Of a DNA stretch of 52,610 bases, positions 49,115 to 52,610 are shown in pieces. The notes beneath the pieces were generated by a model. That model saw only the letters and a list, made by a program, of their open reading frames with translations. It was not told where the DNA came from and did no database searches. The translations under genes and the position numbers were made by a program. Position 1 is the stretch's first letter; each line of letters begins with the position of its first letter. The stretch lies in assembly GCA_036339465.1 (NCBI GenBank), contig JAYZAY010000066.1, positions 1 through 52,610 of the forward strand, in the 5' to 3' direction. Source of the stretch: Myxococcota bacterium. Its GTDB lineage: Bacteria; Myxococcota; XYA12-FULL-58-9; JABJBS01.

Positions 49115-51487
49115 CTAAAAATATGATGCCTCTGACTCACCAAAAAATGATGGGTCAAAGGCTCGTACCACTCCCTCAACATCTACTAAATCCGTCACGC
49201 GATCTTGAATCACCACCGAAGCTTGAACCCCCGTGTGGTGTGATTCACGGCGCACCTCTAATCTATCTTCCACGATATCGATGATGCGCTCAACCACAAG
49301 TCCAACACTTTTCTCTCCGTGGGAATACACAACGACTTGCAGTTTATCGGAATCAGAATCATCATCCATCATGTCCCCACCAAATCCCGCACTTGGTGAT
49401 GAAGGCAAAACATTCGCAAGCCGTACCAAGGGCATAATCTCACCTCTATATTGCACCACCTCTTGAGCTCCCGCTGTCTCAACTTCCTTGAGGTCAAACT
49501 CTTCGAGGCGGGCTACAATCGCTAAGGGGATTGCAATCCGACCACCACCTGCTCCGCGACAAAGTAATAAGGCCTGAGTGTCCAACAAACGTTCATGGCC
49601 ACGGAATCCCTTATCTAAACTGGCAGCATCATGAACCTCTGATACAACATTGGTCTGTTGCGCCAGGCCGAGAATGTCTAGAATCAGGGCAACGTGACCA
49701 TCACCCATAATCGTCGCACCGGCAAAGACAGTAATACCCTGTAATTGTTTACCCAATGGCTTAACAACAATTTCTTGGGAGTCGGTAATCTTATCCACCA
49801 CCAAACCAAATTGTCGGTCATCGGCCTGCAGGACGACAATGTTAAAAGCGGATTGATTCGCTCCGATATCTGAGAGGTCGTGAGGAGTCGCACTCCCGGG
49901 ATAGAGTTCTTTACCCAAGTATACCAACGGTAAGAGATTTCCTCGTAGTCGATATACAGGTGCTCCATGAAGCATCTCAATCTTCTCTGCTACCTGCGCA
50001 GCGTCTAGTCGAACCAATTCTAACAGACTCACCTGAGGAATGGCATACCGTTCCTCCTGGCAGCTCACAATCAAGGCGGGAATAATTGCCAAAGTCAGTG
50101 GGATTTTTATTTTAAACGTAGTGCCCAAACCTAGCTGTGACGAAACATCCACAGTTCCACCAATCTTCTCAATGTTGGTTTTTACAACATCCATGCCCAC
50201 GCCCCGACCAGAGACGTTCGTAACCTTGGCAGCAGTGGAAAAACCAGGAAGAAAAACAAGGTTTATCAATTCCCGCTCACTCATCCTCTGGGCAGTCTCA
50301 GCGGTAATCAACTGCTTCTCGATAGCCTTACCCTTAATCTTCATGGGGTCGATACCACCCCCATCGTCGGAAATTTCGATGTTTACCATTCCGCCTTCGT
50401 GGAATGCTCGAAGGATCAGTGTTCCTTCCGGACCCTTTTCAGTCTGAGTCCGAACTTCAGGTGACTCAATACCATGGTCCACCGAATTTCTAACCAGGTG
50501 GGTCAGAGGATCTTTAATCGCCTCCAAGAGCGTTTTGTCTAATTCGGTTTCAACTCCTTCCATCTCAATTCGAATCTGCTTGCCACAGGTATGGGAAAGG
50601 TCTCTCACAACCCGCGGAAACTTACTCCAAATATTCCCGATTGGCTGCATTCGGGTTTTCATCACCTCTTCTTGCATCTCAGTTGTAATCAAATTGAGAC
50701 GCTGGGATGCTGCCAATAGGTTCGTATCAATGTCCTCGTGAAGAGCCGTAAACTGTACGATTTGGTTTCGAGCCAAAACAAGCTCTCCGACCAGGTTCAT
50801 CAGGGTATTCAGAACCGAAACATCAACACGAATACTACTCTCAGTTAGACCACCCGAACTCTCCGAACGCTTGGGTTTCTTCGACGTACCTGACTTGCCT
50901 CCTGCCGCTGCGTCATCATCTAATGATTCCTGTCCTTGCGCTTTTGTTTCTCCATCATCTGCTTCAGCGGCTGGGGCTGCTGCTACCGGTAGAGGTGTTG
51001 GCGCTGGTGGAGGTTCGGGCGCGGGTGCAGGTTCGGGCGCGGGTGCAGGTTTTGGCGCGGCCACCGCTGGCGCGGGAATGTCTTCAGGAATATCCTCTGG
51101 GCCAAGAGCTTCTCCGTCCTGAAGTTTTTCTAGACGTGCAACCAATTTACTGTAGTCGACATCCCCTTCTTGGTTCGACTCCTCAATGAAGGCCATAATA
51201 GCCCGAATCGCATCGATGGTATGTAGGAGTGCGGTCGCTATGTCCTGATTAACAAGTAACTCACCATCTCGTAATTTACTAAGTAAGTTTTCACTGGCGT
51301 GGGCAACCGATTCTAGCTTCGAAAATCCAAGAAACCCACAAGTCCCCTTGATGGTGTGAAGGGTCCTAAAAATTCGGGCAAGAAGCTCATTAGATTCCGG
51401 GTCTTGCTCCAACGCGACCAAGTCTTGATCCATCTCATCTAAGTTCTCATAACTCTCGACGAGAAATTCTCTGATGACATCATCCAT
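49115..51487 (-). CDS. cheA: Chemotaxis histidine kinase CheA with two C-terminal CheW-like domains
   Basis: Hpt FRTLHTIKG, HLVRNSVDHG, DDGGGID, SGRGVGMDVV; CheW-like domains ending ALILDI and DLVDVE. Confidence 0.97.
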   Translation of the reverse strand: MDDVIREFLVESYENLDEMDQDLVALEQDPESNELLARIFRTLHTIKGTCGFLGFSKLESVAHASENLLSKLRDGELLVNQDIATALLHTIDAIRAIMAFIEESNQEGDVDYSKLVARLEKLQDGEALGPEDIPEDIPAPAVAAPKPAPAPEPAPAPEPPPAPTPLPVAAAPAAEADDGETKAQGQESLDDDAAAGGKSGTSKKPKRSESSGGLTESSIRVDVSVLNTLMNLVGELVLARNQIVQFTALHEDIDTNLLAASQRLNLITTEMQEEVMKTRMQPIGNIWSKFPRVVRDLSHTCGKQIRIEMEGVETELDKTLLEAIKDPLTHLVRNSVDHGIESPEVRTQTEKGPEGTLILRAFHEGGMVNIEISDDGGGIDPMKIKGKAIEKQLITAETAQRMSERELINLVFLPGFSTAAKVTNVSGRGVGMDVVKTNIEKIGGTVDVSSQLGLGTTFKIKIPLTLAIIPALIVSCQEERYAIPQVSLLELVRLDAAQVAEKIEMLHGAPVYRLRGNLLPLVYLGKELYPGSATPHDLSDIGANQSAFNIVVLQADDRQFGLVVDKITDSQEIVVKPLGKQLQGITVFAGATIMGDGHVALILDILGLAQQTNVVSEVHDAASLDKGFRGHERLLDTQALLLCRGAGGGRIAIPLAIVARLEEFDLKEVETAGAQEVVQYRGEIMPLVRLANVLPSSPSAGFGGDMMDDDSDSDKLQVVVYSHGEKSVGLVVERIIDIVEDRLEVRRESHHTGVQASVVIQDRVTDLVDVEGVVRAFDPSFFGESEASYF
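51011..51060 (-). repeat. 18-bp coding repeat in the Pro/Ala CheA linker
   Basis: aggttcgggcgcgggtgc twice plus a degenerate third copy; encodes PAPAPE-type units. Confidence 0.85.
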
Positions 51488-51768
51488 GCTTCACATGCTC
51501 CGTTAGCACCAACACAGTCAATATTGGAGGCAAGAGGGACAAAACCCACCGAATACGGACGGTTTCAATGTTAGGCATTCGCCATACCCCTACTCATCCA
51601 ATCGTTGCTGCACGAAAATTAATCCGCTTTAGAAAAGATAGAAGATGTCTTAGGGACAAAGCAAGAATTGATATTTTAAGTCAGCCCAAGAATCACAAAA
51701 GCCACGGTCTGCCGCGCTTCAATAAAATGTGGCTTGCGAGATTAATACCAGCAACCTATCATTAAGTA

Positions 51769-52224
51769 ATGGGAAATTCCCTCGATACCACACACCGATT
51801 TGAGCCCCGACGCGCATTGAAAGTACCGATCATTTTAGCTTTAATATTCTGGTCGATTATCGCTCTCTTCCTGATTTCCGAGGCTTTATTGACCAACATG
51901 GAGCTCCACCCACAGAGTCTCATTGGACTTAGTTTTTTCTTGTACTTATTCGGAAACCGTCTCCGATATTACTCTCAACAAATGATTTTGGTGGATATGG
52001 ATGGTCTAATCATTATGGAATCAGGAAAACTAGAGGCATTTTCATGGAATGAAGTCGTTGGAGTAGAAATGAGTCACCCTATTTGGCCAGGCTATCACAT
52101 CCTTACCAAGCGAGGGTCGATCGACTTTTCGGGCTTCGTCTACAAAGAACACCAGCAACTTTACGATTATATCGTCACTTTTTCCAGGAAAGGTGCCCTT
52201 ACCCAGACAGGCCTCTTTGGATAA
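51769..52224 (+). CDS. Hypothetical membrane protein (2 TM + possible bacterial PH-like domain)
   Basis: Two hydrophobic helices followed by ILVDMDGLII...FSWNEVVGVE. Confidence 0.6.
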   Translation: MGNSLDTTHRFEPRRALKVPIILALIFWSIIALFLISEALLTNMELHPQSLIGLSFFLYLFGNRLRYYSQQMILVDMDGLIIMESGKLEAFSWNEVVGVEMSHPIWPGYHILTKRGSIDFSGFVYKEHQQLYDYIVTFSRKGALTQTGLFG

Positions 52225-52233
52225 CACCATGCA

Positions 52234-52610
52234 TTAGTCCGTATGCGATCCAACTCGTATCAGGCGATCATGCTCCATTAAATACCAAACAATGGTTATC
52301 AGAGCCTCAAGACGCATCTTTGGACGACCCTCTATGTCATCCCCAAGATAAAATTGATCGCGACAGTAATGTCTCGCAAGATCCTCAACATGGCCGCGTC
52401 GATCCCGAAAATTGTTGTACCAAACATCCTTGACCGAAATCTGGCGATCTACCATGTGCGCAGGAAACCCACATGGGTGACGAAACGGGAGCGAATCCCA
52501 GGAAACCAATATTGTTTCATCCGGCAGCCAAGACGCCCACTCTTGAGACAGCTGATCAGGAGAAAATGCTCCATCGCGCTCTGGCTCGAACATTTTTAAA
52601 TGTTCTAAGG
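52234..52610 (-). CDS. Partial CDS (5' end outside window); hypothetical, possibly the C-terminal extension of a DTW-domain protein
   Basis: Frame stays open to the window edge (...LEHLKMFEP); the GRPKMRLEAL ending is only a weak remembered resemblance. Confidence 0.45.
   Translation of the reverse strand, partial: LEHLKMFEPERDGAFSPDQLSQEWASWLPDETILVSWDSLPFRHPCGFPAHMVDRQISVKDVWYNNFRDRRGHVEDLARHYCRDQFYLGDDIEGRPKMRLEALITIVWYLMEHDRLIRVGSHTD

Noticed and set aside
113..52599. Many short alternate-frame and antisense ORFs in the ORF track
   Set aside because: Nested within well-supported genes and lacking motifs; treated as shadow ORFs.

Overview
Bacterial chromosomal window, most consistent with a Myxococcota/deltaproteobacterial genome (inferred from protein and gene-order resemblance, no search run). 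Left to right it holds: a minus-strand division/cell-wall (dcw) cluster (mraZ-ftsL-ftsI-murE-murF-mraY-murD-ftsW-murG-murC-ftsQ-ftsA-ftsZ) lacking rsmH, murB and ddl, with phased MraZ-type boxes upstream; a divergent lytic transglycosylase; topA with a Lys-rich repeat tail; a DUF4159-like plus vWA/GATase-like pair; trmFO-xerC-hslV-hslU-argD; and a YkgJ-type Cys-cluster protein. The standout locus is a ~9.6 kb minus-strand three-gene unit (29203-38835): a predicted outer-membrane beta-barrel followed by two paralogous ~1350-aa lipoprotein metzincin proteases, with a putative structured 5' leader and a clear terminator. It is followed by leucine dehydrogenase, a multidomain rhomboid protease, xth, pckA, a cheA-mcp-cheY-cheB-cheR-cheX-cheY cluster without a standalone cheW, and two hypothetical genes. 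No rRNA, tRNA, CRISPR array or mobile element was recognised.
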